Assembly: GCA_038087875.1 (NCBI GenBank)
Contig: CM075994.1
Location: forward strand, 310,001 to 374,000
Direction of reading: 5' to 3'
DNA: 64,000 bases
Source of the DNA: Malacoraja senta
Taxonomy: Eukaryota
The notes beneath the pieces were generated by a model that saw only the letters and a list, made by a program, of their open reading frames with translations, searched no databases and was not told the DNA's origin. Numbering within the stretch: position 1 is the stretch's first letter; each line of letters begins with the position of its first letter. This document shows, piece by piece, positions 37,815-51,200 of the stretch. Made by a program: the position numbers and the translations under genes.

Positions 37815-39811
37815 CGGGGTGGTTGCACGTTAGGTAACTGGGTGACGGCTTAACGCATGGAGCCGCTCAATCCATCTGGAGGACATCGCAGCTTCCGGCA
37901 CATGTTGTTAATACACGAAACGCGTACATTCCCACCTGTTAAAAACCGCCAAAATGTTGAATTTTTGCGCTGTAAAAAATTGTGGAAATCGGGGTAAGCG
38001 TGAGAGACATGTACCCAACTTCAGATTTCCAAAAGTGAAGCGAAATGAAGGTAGAAACATAGAAAATAGGTGCAGGAGTAGGCCATTCGGCCCTTCGAGT
38101 AAAGGTAAAGAGAAGCGAGAGCTGAAGGGACAACAACAGCTAAAGTGCTTGACGAACATTGGCCGTGCAGATATCGAGATTGAAAATATTGGGAATTATC
38201 GCGTTTGCTCACTGCATTTCATCAACATATAAGGCATTATTTGTGTTTTTCCTTGATTCCTTTGGTATCTAAAAAGTATCAGAAGTGATCAATCTGGCTA
38301 TAAATTTGGCTTCTGTAGCAATGTTACAAAATGTTGAGATTTTAATAATCAGGTCTGCAATTTATCCCATCAGATAAAGCATAAAACGAAGTTTAATTTG
38401 ACACCTAATTCACTTTCATATCTTCAGTATTAAGACAGTTATGGCCATTTTCATACTCGGAAATTAGCATATTGTTCCCTATTGCTTTTCCATTGACAAC
38501 ACAAAAGCTGTGATCAAGGACAGTCAAAAGCCCATAACTTTCTTAAAAATTAAGAGAACTGAAAGAAATTTTCAGTTATTATAGATTGAAGCATTCTGAA
38601 ACAAATATTAAACAATCTTACTTGGATGACCTGAAATTAAAGCATATAATTAGTTAGTTACCCAATTGTAGCTAATTACAAAATGCAATTACTAAATCTA
38701 AACATTTATCCATTTCTTAAGAAAAGATTAACATTTTTAAATAGCCTTAAAGTGTCCAAATAACATTCATACAATAATTCACAATATAACATGATTTTTA
38801 AATCTCATTGTCATGGATTTATAGGCCAAATGGAAGGAATTTAGTATTTAATTCCCGTTAATTAATGGCCATTTTAATCATCTTGCGAGTGGGTTTTTGA
38901 GGAACGCGCTGGTTTGGAACGTTGCAGTTGCGGTGAATTTAAACCCCATATCGGCAGGAAAAATACTGCTGGTTCGTATGGGTCCTAAGTCATCTTTTCG
39001 CAACGTAAAATGTGGATTAAAGGCATCTTAAGAAGCACTTTTATACATAAAATAAATGGTTTTCTTTTACCTGTCCCTGTTGTCGCCGTTGACGGCTTTA
39101 GAAACTGATTTTTAAATTACTCCAGCGCTGAACTTGTAGGGCGATTTATTTTTTAAAATTTTTTTAAAAAAAAATTCACAGAACGGCCGTCGGAACAATT
39201 CTTCTGCAAAAGCTTGCATTCCGAGAAAATATATCCAGGACCAGGTAGAAGAAAAACTGCATTTTAACCCCGCCCCCCCCAAAGGCGCCAAAGTCGCGCA
39301 CACGGCCAGTGGCAGAACTGCAGCGCCACTGAAGGTAAGTTTTGTAACGTACCTATTCAGAGGCGTTGTCTTTTGGTATGTAAAAACCCACTTGAGAACC
39401 ATGGGTGATTTTAAAATTTTACAGCCAGATTTATCACTTCTGAAACATTTTAGATGCCAAAGGTATCAAGAAAAAACACAAATAATGCCTTACTGTTGAG
39501 AAATGTAGTGAGCAAACGGCCAATGTTCGCCAAGCACTTTGGCTGTTGTTGTCCCTTCAGCTCTCGCTTCTATCTACCGTCATTTCTCCTCACTTTTGGA
39601 ATTCTGAAGTAGGCTAAATGTCTCTCACGCTTATCCCGATTTCCATAATTATTTACAGTTGACAAAAATTGACAATTTCGGCGGGTTTTAATGGGCCCGC
39701 TACGCTGGAAAAAAATGGTCAGTGCTTACCTGCAGTTCATCGCGTGTACTCCAGTTAGCGTAGCAACAGTACGGGTCATAGGTCATGACCTGACTGCCGT
39801 GCAACCTCCCA
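37815..39811. mobile_element. Second ISL2EU-like double-THAP element
   Basis: Ends GGGGTGGTTGCACG and CGTGCAACCTCCC; THAP ORF 37954..38232 (+) and a decayed inverted THAP at about 39480-39675 (-). Confidence 0.75.
38316..39355. mobile_element. Second copy (inverted) of the 1.04-kb TAG...CTA TIR element
   Basis: Reverse complement aligns end-to-end with 27622-28662. Confidence 0.85.
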
Positions 39812-40211
39812 ATTGGGAACAATTTTGGTGAGCCCCAGGTTCCCAGCCAAGGTCTGTAGAATCATAGAAATACAAATAAAATCTATTATAGACTTCATAT
39901 TTCTATGGTAGAATGGAAAGTAATCAAAATGTGCGCTTAATAAGTGCCTGCGAGTTAATGGACCAAACAGATCTAAGCTACATTTTAATATAATATATCA
40001 TAGATGTAAGCCTACAAGTAACAAACAAAATGTGTAGATCACCTCTGAAAAGTACATAGTTACAATACCACTTGTTTTAGTGACTGAAATGAAAAGAAAA
40101 TTTAACTAGATCCTGGAAAACCAATAACTATTGGCGAAAAACCAGTCCAGGCATTAAATTTTGGGCTTCAGCCCCATCCTACCCTTTGGGCTTCTACCCC
40201 ATCTAAACTTA

Positions 40212-40472
40212 GTTGTGTGTGTGTGTCTTAGTTGTGTGTGTGTTAGTTGTCTGTGCGTGATGTGTGTGGGAGGCAAGGAGGGAGGGAGAGAAGGGAGTGA
40301 GGGAAGTAGAGAAGGGAAGGAGAGAAAGAAGGGAGGGAAGGAAGGAGAGAAGGAAAAAGAGAGAGAGGAAGGAGAGAAAGAAGGGAGGGAGAGAAGGGAA
40401 AACAGAGAGAGGAAGGAGGGAGGGAAGGAGAGAAGGGAGGGAGGGAAGGGAAGAAGGGAAGGGAGGGAGGGG
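40212..40472. repeat. (TG)n-like plus GA-rich simple repeat
   Basis: Direct inspection. Confidence 0.9.
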
Positions 40473-41803
40473 GCCGGCAGCAGGAGCGGATGCCGGAGTC
40501 CGGGCGGACAGGTGTGAGCTGAGGCCGTGGTTTGTAAACGTTGCTCCAACCCCCGGCCCAGCCCTCCCTGTATTGTTCACCGCGTCTTCCCGGGGAGAGA
40601 GAGGGGTGGAACCGGGGCTGTGTGCGTGAAGCACGGCGACTGGAGGGGCGGGAGCCCTGCCCCTGGACTGTGAGGGAACGACCCACCTCCCCCCTTCTCC
40701 ATCCCCCCTCACACACCCCTCCCCGTCTACCCCTTTCTTCCCCCTCCACCCCTCTACTCTCTCTCCACCCCTCTCTCCCCCTCCACCCGGGGTAGATCTA
40801 CCCGAGCCGGGAGTACATTACTCCAAAGCAAAGCTGGGAGATTAAAGGATAGACACAAAAAGCAGCGGGTCGGGCGGCATTTCTGGACAAAAGGAATAGG
40901 TGACATTTCCGGTCGAGACCCGTCTTCAGACTGATTCAGGGGAAGAAGGAACTCAAACCACCCCCCGCGCCCCCCTTCCCTCTGACATGGACACGGAGCG
41001 ATCGCTGGCCCCCCACCCTTTTCTTTTGGTAACCATCGGGTTTTTTTCCTTCGGAAAAATCCTTCAAGTTTTCAGGAAATCCTTAGTTTTCTTTTTTTAA
41101 TTTCCCCCTTACCATTTCCGTACTTTTTCGATAGCTGCCATGACCCGTTTAATGTCATCCTTCGCCTTGCTCCTCAATGCTGCTCCTGGTCTCGGCCCGC
41201 ACCGATCTGCTGGACATGCTGAGTGTGTGTGTGTGTTTGTTTGGCGGAGTCTGAGGGGAGAAGCGCCGGCACCAAGAGCGAGCGAACGTGCGGACAGACA
41301 GACGAAAGCGACGCCGGTTCAGTTATGCCTCTCACAGCGTTGCGGGGGAACAGTTGCGGAGCTCTAGGATCTTTCGATTACTCTAGCGCGGGGCCCCCTT
41401 AAGTGCGGGGCCCAATTGGGAGCAATCGGTCCAATCGGCTTAAGGCCGGCCCTGAGCTTGGCCCAGAAGCTGACAACAAAGCAAACAGATAAAATGTCAG
41501 TCAGACTGGTCTGAGAACTGGGAAGGGAGAGGGATGGAGGTAGAGGGAATACAACGGTTACTTGAAGATAGAGAAGTTAATGTTCATTCCCAGTGATGGA
41601 AATGGGTTTTAGGAACTAGGGGTACTCTAAGGTCCGTGAGGCTGAGGTTGGGAAGGAAGGTGGTGGTGGGTGGGGGGGGGGGGGTTATGTGCGGTCATAC
41701 CCATGTGAGAGTACAAGGATGCATAACTTGTTTATTGTGTATTCATAATATAGTTTATTGTGTATTATATGTCATAGCTACTTTCTTGCATCTCACTCTC
41801 TCT

Positions 41804-42038
41804 CAGACAGACGAAAGCAATGATCATAGAGTGGAATAGATGCCATTTCGGGTCGAGACCCTTCTTCAGACTGACAGTCAAGGGAAAGGGAAACAGGAGA
41901 TATAGGCATATCTTCCATTCATTTGTCCTTAGTACCGTCTATATCTCTTGTTCCTCTTTCCCCTGACTGAGTCTGAAGAAGGGTCTCGACCCAAAATGTC
42001 AGCTATTCCACTCCATGATCGTTGCTTTCGTCTGTCTG
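41804..42038. repeat. Fold-back mini-element with two inverted hammerhead-like Penelope termini
   Basis: cagacagacgaaagcaa...ttcttcagact and agtctgaagaa...ttgctttcgtctgtctg are reverse complements. Confidence 0.75.
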
Positions 42039-42084
42039 TCTGCTCACCCTTGGATTAAGTAGCGCAGGATAAAGCTGTGAATTC

Positions 42085-42432
42085 ACACCATTCCCCTCCC
42101 ATTCCCAATCTGACCTTTCTGTCCTGGGCCTCCTCCATTGTCAGAGTGAGGCCCAGTGCAAATTGGAGGAACAGCACCTCGTATTTCGCTTGGGTAGCTT
42201 ACACCCCAGCGGTATGAACATTGACTTCTCTAACTTCAAATAGCCCTTGCTTTCCCTCTCTCTCCATCCCCTCCCCCTTCCCAGTTCTCCCACCAGTCTT
42301 ACTGTCTCCGACTGCATTCTATCTCTGTCCCACAAATCCCTGACATCAGTATGAAAAAGGGTCTTGACTCGAAACGTCACCCATTCCTTCTCTCCAGAGA
42401 TGCTGCCTGTTCCGTTGAATTATTCCAGCATT
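42085..42432 (+). mobile_element. Penelope-like 3' fragment
   Basis: Homologous to 35985-36344. Confidence 0.75.
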
Positions 42433-42444
42433 TTACATACTGTA

Positions 42445-43547
42445 GATAGATAGAAAATAGGCGCAGGAGTAGGCCATTTGGCCCTTCGAGCCATTCAATG
42501 TGATCATGGCTGATCATCCGCAATCAGTACCCCATTCCTGCCTTCTCCCCATATCCCTTGATTCCAGAGCTCTATCTAACTCTCTTTTGAATGCATCCAA
42601 TGAGTCGGCCTCCACTGCCTTCTGAGGCAGATAATTCCACAAATTTACAACACTCAGTTCTAAATGGCCTACCCCGTATTCTTAAACTGTGGCCTTGGTT
42701 CTGGAGTCCTCCAACATCGGGAACATGTTTCCTGCATCTAGTGTGTCCAAACCCTTAATAATTTTATGTTACTATAAGATCCCCTCTCACCCTTCTAAAT
42801 TTCAGTGGATACAAGCCCAGTCGTTCCGTTCTTTCATTATATGACATTTCTGCCATCCCGGGAATTAACCTTGTAATCCTACGCTGCACTCCCTCAATAG
42901 CAAGAATGTCCTTCCTCAAATTAGGAGACCAAAACTGCACACAGTACTCCAGGTGTGGTCTCACCAGGGCCTTGTACAACTGCAGAAGGACCTCTTTGCT
43001 CCTATACTCAAATCCTATCATTATGAAGACCAACATGCCATTAGTTTTTGCCAGCATTTTGTGTCTACCTGCCATTCAGACAATAATCTGCCTCTTGTTC
43101 TTGCCACTAAAGTGGATAACCTCACATTTATCCACATTATACTGTATCTGCCATGCATCTTCCCACTCACCCAACCTATCCCAGTCACCCTGCATCCTCA
43201 TAGCATCCTCTTCACTGTTCACACTGCCACCCAGCTTTGTGTCATCTGCAAATGTGCTAATGTTACTTTTAATCCCTTCATCCAAATCATTAATATATAT
43301 TGTATATAGCTGTGGTCCCAGCACCGAGGCTTGGGTGCCTGCCTGCCATTCTAAAAGGGACCCGTTAATCCCTACTCTTGTTTCCTGCCTGCCAACCAAT
43401 TTTCTATCCATGTCAGTACCCTACCCCCCAATACCATGTGCTCTAATTTTGCCCACTAATCTCCTATGTGGGACCTCATCAAATGCTTTCTGAAAGTCCA
43501 GGTACACTACATTCACTGGCTCTCCTTTGTCCATTTTCCTAGTTACA
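42445..43547 (-). mobile_element. CR1 LINE, 3' part (continues at 48897-49385 beyond the L1 insertion)
   Basis: ORFs 42764..43075 and 43076..43411; the CR1 text ccattttcctagttaca|...tcaaaaaattccagaag is split by the L1. Confidence 0.85.
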
Positions 43548-44258
43548 GAATGTACCTGGTTTGAGATACGGCCTGCTTTATCCCGCAAGACTAAGAGTCA
43601 CCTACAAGTCCAAGGAGCAATTTTTTACAGACCACGAAAAAGCACTGGAATATGCCAAAGAAATCGGTAACATGACCGTAGACTGAAGAATTTACATTAC
43701 TCCTTAGGAGTCAAGGACTGACAGGACCGCCAGATCTAAAAGGACCTTTAAAGTTCTTTTAAGAGCTTTAAGGACATTCGAAAACCGAAATGGACGGAGG
43801 ACATTGGAGAAAACCGTGATCTTTGTTTTTTTGTTTTTTTTTAATTAAACTTTTTTTTTTTTACTAATCATTATTATTATCTATATATTCATATCTAACT
43901 ATATATGTAACAACTAATACTTATTAAATATCCATATTACCAGTAAAATTATTAACATTAACATTTCTCATAAAAATTTAATACTGTATATGATTGATAA
44001 CAATGATTAATAATTAATAGTCTTTGATTAACGTAGAAATGAATTACATACTTATATTATATAGGAGGATATGTAAGAGGTAAATTAGCCTACGTCATAA
44101 TAAAGTTTGACGGTTTTTCTCTTTATTTTTCAATTTAAAATTAAATTTATAGATTTAGCGAAGAAATTAGTATGATATGTAGAGAATAATAACGTTGTGA
44201 ATTTTTGCTGTTTTTGAACTTTTCTGCAGGGATACGTGCTTATGTAAGTATGCATATG

Positions 44259-44326
<68 letters not shown>

Positions 44327-47300
44327 GTGTGTGTATGTATGGGTATGTATATAAGTTTGTTACTCCCAAAGAAGTTATTTGAATGTTAGAAATAATCTTT
44401 TTTTTTCTTCGGGCACGGAGCTGGGAATTTTTTTTCTTACAAAGGCTACGGAAGTCTTTAGAATTCTAGCCACGTTAGTGTGGCTATCACTAACTACACT
44501 AATTGTAGATGTAGTTCTTTTTCTTTCACCCTATACTAATCAAGTCTATCACTTTTTTCACTTTAAATATTTTTATAACTTAATGTTTGAATGGGAAAAC
44601 AAGACTAATACAAGGAGATGTGTTCGGAAGAGCGATGTATATGATTTTAAATTCATCTATTTGAAGTTCGGGAGCAGGGTCAGGTTTTATGTGTTGTACC
44701 TTCTGCTCGGTTATAGACCACCTTAGAAACAATATGCAAGATGTTAATATGACAAGAGGGGGTCAGGGAATAACATTTTGTAGTTGGAATGTCAAGGGAA
44801 TCAATGAACCAATTAAGAGAGGTAAAGTTTTGGCACATCTAAATTTAATCAAAACAGATATAATATTTCTCCAAGAAACACACCTTAAAAAGGAATCTCA
44901 ACATAGACTTAAAGCTAAGTGGATCGCTGAATCATATCATTCCTCTTTTTCCCGTAAGTCCAGAGGAGTTGCAATATTAATTCGTAAAGGAATACCTTTT
45001 ACGAACTCTTCAACAATAGTGGATATTGATGGTAGATATATTATATTAGTTGGAGAGTTAAATGGAGAAAAAGTGATTCTTCTTAATGTATATGGGCCTA
45101 ACTTTGATAACCCCATGTTTTTTAATAAAACATTTAATAAAATCCCTGAATTTACACAATATAAATTAATAATTGGAGGAGACTTCAATTGTACATTAGA
45201 TTCATACTTAGATAGATCATCAGGGCAAAAAAAAGTAAAATCTCAATCAAGTGTATTTCTAAATTCATTTATTAATACCACTAATATTAAGGATGTCTGG
45301 AGAATAGAAAACCCAACTGGACGGGAATATTCATTTTACTCACCAGTACATAAAACATACTCAAGAATAGATTATTTTTTAGTTGATTCTACGTTTATCC
45401 CATTTATTTATAATTCAAAATACCATAACATTATAATCTCAGACCACGCACCTGTAACATTCATGATTAAATTAAATGGAATGTCCGAGAAACAAGCATA
45501 TTGGAGATTTAACCCACAAATTTTGAACGAAAGATCATGCCAGGAATATATTATTAAACAGATTCAAATATTTTTTGAGGTAAATGACAACCCTGACACA
45601 CCTACTCTCTTATGTGGGAAACGTTTAAAGCGTTTGTTCGAGGTACATTAATTTCTGCTCAAGCATTTTATAATAAAGAGAACAGGATTAAGCAACAAAC
45701 ATTGGAAAGTGAAATCAAGCAACTAGATATAGAAAATGCGAGAATGCCATCTACTTTAAAACATAATAAAATTGCTGTATTGAAATATAAATTAAATAAA
45801 ATGTATTCAGAACAAGTAATAAAACTTTATCAAAAAACCAAACAATTACATTTTGAATTTGGAGACAAACCACAAAAATTATTAGCACGTCAGTTACGAA
45901 AAATGGAAGGGGAAAAAATAATTCATAAAATTAGAACAGAGACAGGAGAATTATTAAAAATGCCCAAGGACATAAATGATAGATTTCTCCAATACTATCA
46001 TAACCTTTATTCAACTAAAACCGTAGCACAATCAGAAGGAATAGCAGATTTTTTACTAAAATGTAATTTAAAAGGTTTAGATTCAAACGATAGAGAATTA
46101 TTAGAAAGGGAGATTACGATAAAAGATATTGAGGAGTCTATTGGCTCTTTAAAAAATGGTAAAGCAGTAGGACCAGATGGTTTAGGCTCCGAATTTTATT
46201 AAAAAAATTATGATTTGCTCTGCCCACGTTTACAAAGACTGTATGAGTATATCTATACTCAACAGAAACTTCCAGACACTTTAAATGAATCTATAATAAC
46301 ACTTATTCCTAAAGCTGATAAAGATCCGGAAGACCCGGGATCATATAGAGCAATTGCACTTTTAAATACAGATCAGAAAATATTAACTAAAATACTAGCG
46401 CATAGATTAAGTACAGTGATGAATAAATTAATACACCCTGACCAAACAGGCTTTATTCAGAAACGGTACTCATATTATAATCTAAGAAGATTATTTAATA
46501 TTATATATTCCAAGAGAATTATTAATGAAGATCTAGCAATAATCTCACTTGACGCTGAAAAAGCATTTGATCAGGTCGAATGGTCTTATTTATTTTCGGT
46601 GATGGAAAAATTGCAGCTAGGGGAGAAATTCTGTACATGGATAAAACTGTTATATACAAATCCCACGGCTAGAATATTTACAAACCAAAGGTTGTCATCT
46701 AAATTTAGCCTATCTAGAGGTTGTAGACAAGGATGCCCGTTATCTCCATTATTATTTGCGCTTGCTATTGAGCCACTTGCAGAAAGAGTCAGGGGGCATC
46801 CGGAAATACATGGGTATAACACAAAGGACACAGTGAATAAAATTTCTCTATACGCAGATGATGTATTAATTTACATTACAAAACCAGAAATTAGTATCCC
46901 AAACTTATTAAAGCTAATAACCCAATTTGGTTCACTTTCAGGATACAGAATAAATTGGAATAAAAGTGAAATTATGCCAATAAGGGAACATAACAAACAG
47001 ATAATACAACAATTTCCATTTAAAATAGTAAAGGAAAAATTTAAATATCTAGGTATTTATGTAACTAAGAAATATACATAATTATTTAAAGCAAATTTTC
47101 CCCCATTACTGAATAAACTACATAAGAATATTCAATACTGGAAAACACTTCCTATCTCAATGGTTGGCAAAATTAATGCCATAAAAATGATTTTTTTACC
47201 GCAAATATTATACCTTTTTCAGACAATTCCGATATATCTGGCAAAAAACTTTTTAAAAAAACTGGACTCTATTGTTAATGATTTTATCTGGGATTATAAG

Positions 47301-48895
47301 AATCATAGGATAAACAAAAGACATTTGTGTAAATCAAAAATAAATGGAGGCTTGGTTTTACCCAACTTTTTGTTTTATTTCTGGGCAGTTAATATTAAAA
47401 ATATGAATTTCTGGTTGGAAGAAATAGATCATCAACCAGACTGGTTAAAAATGGAAAAGGAAGATTGTTTACCTTTTGATATCGGTTCGATATTATTTGC
47501 TACGTCTAAATTAAACAAAAAAATTTATAGGGAAAACCCTATAATATTTAGTGCTATACGAATTTGGAAACAATTAAAAAAGACATTAAAATTAGATAAT
47601 TTATCACTTTTTCTTCCAATTGTGAATAACCCTTTGTTTAAGCCTTCATGGTTGGACGGGCGTTTTACACAATGGAAGAATTATGGAATTAAAAATATGG
47701 GACAACTTTACAAGGAAGGCACTTTTCTGACATTTCAGGAGTTGCAACAGACTTATGGACTTCGAGGAAATTATGATTTCAGATATCTTCAACTTAGAGA
47801 TTATGTAAAATCAAATACTCAAAATTTTCGAATTAGAAATTCAGAAATTCTTGATGAATGTTGGAACAAACATCCTAATACAGAAAAATTAATATCTTAT
47901 ATATATAATATCCTATTATACAGTGACATTCCATCGACGGACTTACACAGACAAACATGGGAAAAAGAATTAAATCAAATAATAACGAAAGATACTTGGG
48001 AAGAAAGTTTGCAACACATACATCAATGTTCATTAAACGCTAGACATTCTCTAATACAATTTAAAGTAATACATAGGTTACATTATTCAAAAACAAAACT
48101 ACATAAAATCTTTCAACATATCTCACCTATATGTGATAAATGTCAACATTTAGAAGCTACCTTATCTCATATGTTTGCAAACTGTATAAAAATTAAAAAA
48201 TTCTGGGTAAATATTTTCAGTATAATATCTAAAGTAACCAGCACACAATTGGACCCAGATCCAAAATTAATAATACTCGGAATATTAGAATTAAATCAAA
48301 CATTTAGAACAACACAAAGAAACTTTATTGATTATAGTTTAATAACAGGAAAAAAATGAATTCTAAAATTTTGGAAAGGCCCTACGGCCCCCACAATCAA
48401 AATGTGGATTATAGAAATGACGGAGACCTTAAACGTGGAAAGAATCAGATTCTCCCTGTTGGACAAACAGGAAGTATTCGTTGGAACATGGTCTCCTTTT
48501 ATTGATTACTTAAAGGGTCAGAATAGTTCAGCACAGGAACCTGACTAGCACTCGGGCTAAAGAATGGATGAAATGCTATACTTAGAAATGTACGAATATA
48601 TCTCGAATGAAGTTTTTTATTTTAATAAATTTTTCCATTCTTCTTTAACTATCTTTTTCCTTTTTTGTTTTTTTTTTGTTTTGTTTTTTTTTGTTTTTTT
48701 TTTGTTTTGTTTTTCTTCTCTTTCTTTTCTTTCTTTACTTCATCTATCTCTTTAGTTCTATTTAGTTTAAAAAAAAAAAGGCAAAAGGTATTGGAGACAA
48801 TGTAATAATAATTGACAATATTATCAATTTAAAAATGTAAGACTGTAATGATGTAAATAGGTTGTGTACTTATCTCCAATAAAAAATAAAAAATA
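43548..48895 (+). mobile_element. L1-clade LINE: ORF1 tail, long AT-rich spacer, near full-length ORF2
   Basis: ORF2 from ATG 44734 to TAG 48548: APE (SWNVKG, FLQETH, NVYGPN, GGDFN, SRIDY, SDH), RT (SLDAEKAFD, GCRQGCPLSP, YADD) and a C-terminal CxxC-H-C; a few frameshifts and stops; A-rich tail. Confidence 0.93.
44262..44322. repeat. (TA)n microsatellite
   Basis: Direct inspection. Confidence 0.97.
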
Positions 48896-48896
48896 T

Positions 48897-49385
48897 TTTC
48901 AAAAAATTCCAGAAGATTAGTCAAGCAAGATTTCCCCTTCGTAAATCCATGCTGACTCGGACCGATCCAGTTACTGCTATCCAAATGTGCCACTATTTCA
49001 TCTTTTATCATTGACTCCAGCGTCTTCCCCACCACCGATGGCAGGCTAACTGGTCTATAAATCCCTGTTTTTTCACTCCTGCCTTTCTTAAAAAGTGGGA
49101 TAACATTAGCTACTCTCCAATCCACAGGAACTGATGATGAATCTATTGAACATTGGAAAATGATCACCAATGTGTCCACAATTTCTAGAGCCACTTCTTT
49201 AAGTACCCTGGTATGCAAACCATCTGGCCCTGGGGATTTATCAGCCTTCATTCCCATCAGTCTACCCAACACCATTTCCTGCATAATAATTGGATTTCCT
49301 TCAGTTACTCCGTCACCCTAGATCCTCTGGCCACTAGTACATCAGGAAGATTGTTTGTGTCTTCCTTAGTGATGACGGATCCAAG
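48897..49385 (-). mobile_element. CR1 LINE, upstream part
   Basis: ORF 48829..49284: KSPGPDGLH...QHGFTKGKSCLTNLLEFF. Confidence 0.88.
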
Positions 49386-50804
49386 ACGGACATTTCTCAG
49401 CTGTACGACTATAATCCACTGTAGGATCTCTACAGTTAATCCCAAAGCAACCCTGGCCTCTCCCTATAACTGATATTACTTTGTACCATCAATCCCTCAA
49501 CATCTTTAACTATGTTTCTCTTCACACAAACGCAGTCAGATCTACTGAGTATTTCCATCATCTTCTGTTTTTACTTTGCATCTCCTCTCTCCCATTTTTC
49601 TTTTCCCAGTCCGAATGAAGAGTCATTAACTTGAACTGTTAACTGTTTCTCTGCCTGACCCGCTGAGTGTCACCACATTTTTTGTTTTAGTTTACATTTC
49701 CAGCATCTTCAGTTTACTTTTAATTTCATTTTAATATACTTGGCCCCATTGATGGCTTCTTCATATGGCATGAGAAGCCAATTATTTCGCTCATCAGGTG
49801 TAAATGTTAAGATTTGTTTCCTGTAGACTGGCTTCTAAATCTGTATTAAATATTAAAATATTATCTTTTATTTAAATGTCTTAAATCTGAAGAAGGGTCC
49901 TGGCCTGTATATTACCAGTCCATTTCCTCTATTGATGGTGATTGACCTGCTGAGTTACTCCAGCGCTTTCTTTTTTTGTGGAACATTCAAGCATCTGCAG
50001 TTTCTATTGTGTCTCTTTATCTTTTATTTATTTCAGTCATTGCAGTTCAAATTATATTAATATAATGACTTCAGTATCAAAATTGATATTGCCCAGACAA
50101 TTGCCCAGAGGGGAACTGGAACCTTTCCCAATATTGAAAGGGAACATTATAGTGTGAAACGTTTAGACAGGGTGGAATTTGTCAGAATGTTTAGGAGAGT
50201 TTTCTCCGCAATATGTAGAGGGCCCCACATAGGAGAGACTTGATCTAGTCTTGGGAAATTGGAAGGGGCAATTTGATGAAGTGTTCATGGATGAGCTTTT
50301 TGGGATCAGTGACCACTGTTCTATTAGGTTCAAGATGGTTATGGATAGGGACAGAGAGGGCCCACAAGTTAAATGCTAAATTACGATAAGGCCAACATTG
50401 AGGGTCTGAGAGAGGGACCCGCTCAAGTTGATTGGAGTCGGTTGTTTGAAGGAAAAGGAATGTCAGGAAAGTGGGATGTTTTTAAAAGTGTGCTGACAGG
50501 AGTCCAGGACATGCACAATCCTGTTGGAGTTAAGGGCAAGGCAGGATGACTAGGTAAATTGAGGCTCATATCAGCAACATTGCTCTCATCAATAAAACAG
50601 TCCTGCCTAAAACACCATCTCCCCAAGCCCTCCAAAGATGCCCGACCCTCTGAGTTCCTCTCATCTAAATATAAAATATAATGTGGGCTATGTATGAAAT
50701 ATTGCTCCTTTTCCTTCTCTCAGTTCTCAGATGAAGTTACCAGGCTACCTTCGTGACCCTATTCCGTTATCTGAATAAGCTGACAGCACCAGCTCCTCTA
50801 CATA

Positions 50805-50865
50805 ATGATGACCTTCGGCTGTTCTATCCTCTGCCTTCTGCAAATTCTCAACAACAGAATTTCAG
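50805..50865 (+). CDS. IgSF gene signal-peptide exon (MMTFGCSILCLLQILNNRIS)
   Basis: Polypyrimidine acceptor ending at 50723, ATG at 50805, hydrophobic core, phase-1 donor AG|gtaaaa matching the IgV exon. Confidence 0.65.
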
Positions 50866-50994
50866 GTAAAATTACTTCTGAGTCTCTGTGAGCAGGCGGT
50901 GACTGCAATCTGGCTCAAGACTGTTCAAGTTGAGGAAAAAAAGAAAACGCATTCGTAGAAATATAATTCTAAATTGAACAATAGAGCATAGGAA

Positions 50995-51200
50995 CAGTGA
51001 CAAACTAGGGACAATTTACATTTATACCAAGCCAATTAACCCACAAACCTGTAAGTCTTTTGAGTGTAAGGGGAAACGGAAGATTTTGGAGAAAACCCAC
51101 GGGGAATGTACAAGCGCCGTACAGACAGCATCCATAGTCAGGATCGTACCCGTCTAGCGCTGTAAGGTAGCAAATCTACCACTGTGCCACCGTGCTGCCC
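50995..51200 (-). mobile_element. HE1-like SINE
   Basis: Reverse complement of the 3902-4215 family. Confidence 0.75.

Larger units (their letters stand above)
37794..41454. mobile_element. Non-autonomous hAT-like transposon with nested insertions
   Basis: TIRs TAGGGCCGGCCTT and AAGGCCGGCCCTG; degenerate 8-bp TSD ATCTTGGA/AGCTTGGC; the empty-site paralog near 31520-31530 (minus strand) reads AGCTTGGA. Confidence 0.8.

Noticed and set aside
40154..40795. Several long ORFs rich in P/S/L/F or G/E/R/K
   Set aside because: They are translations of GA/CT simple repeats.
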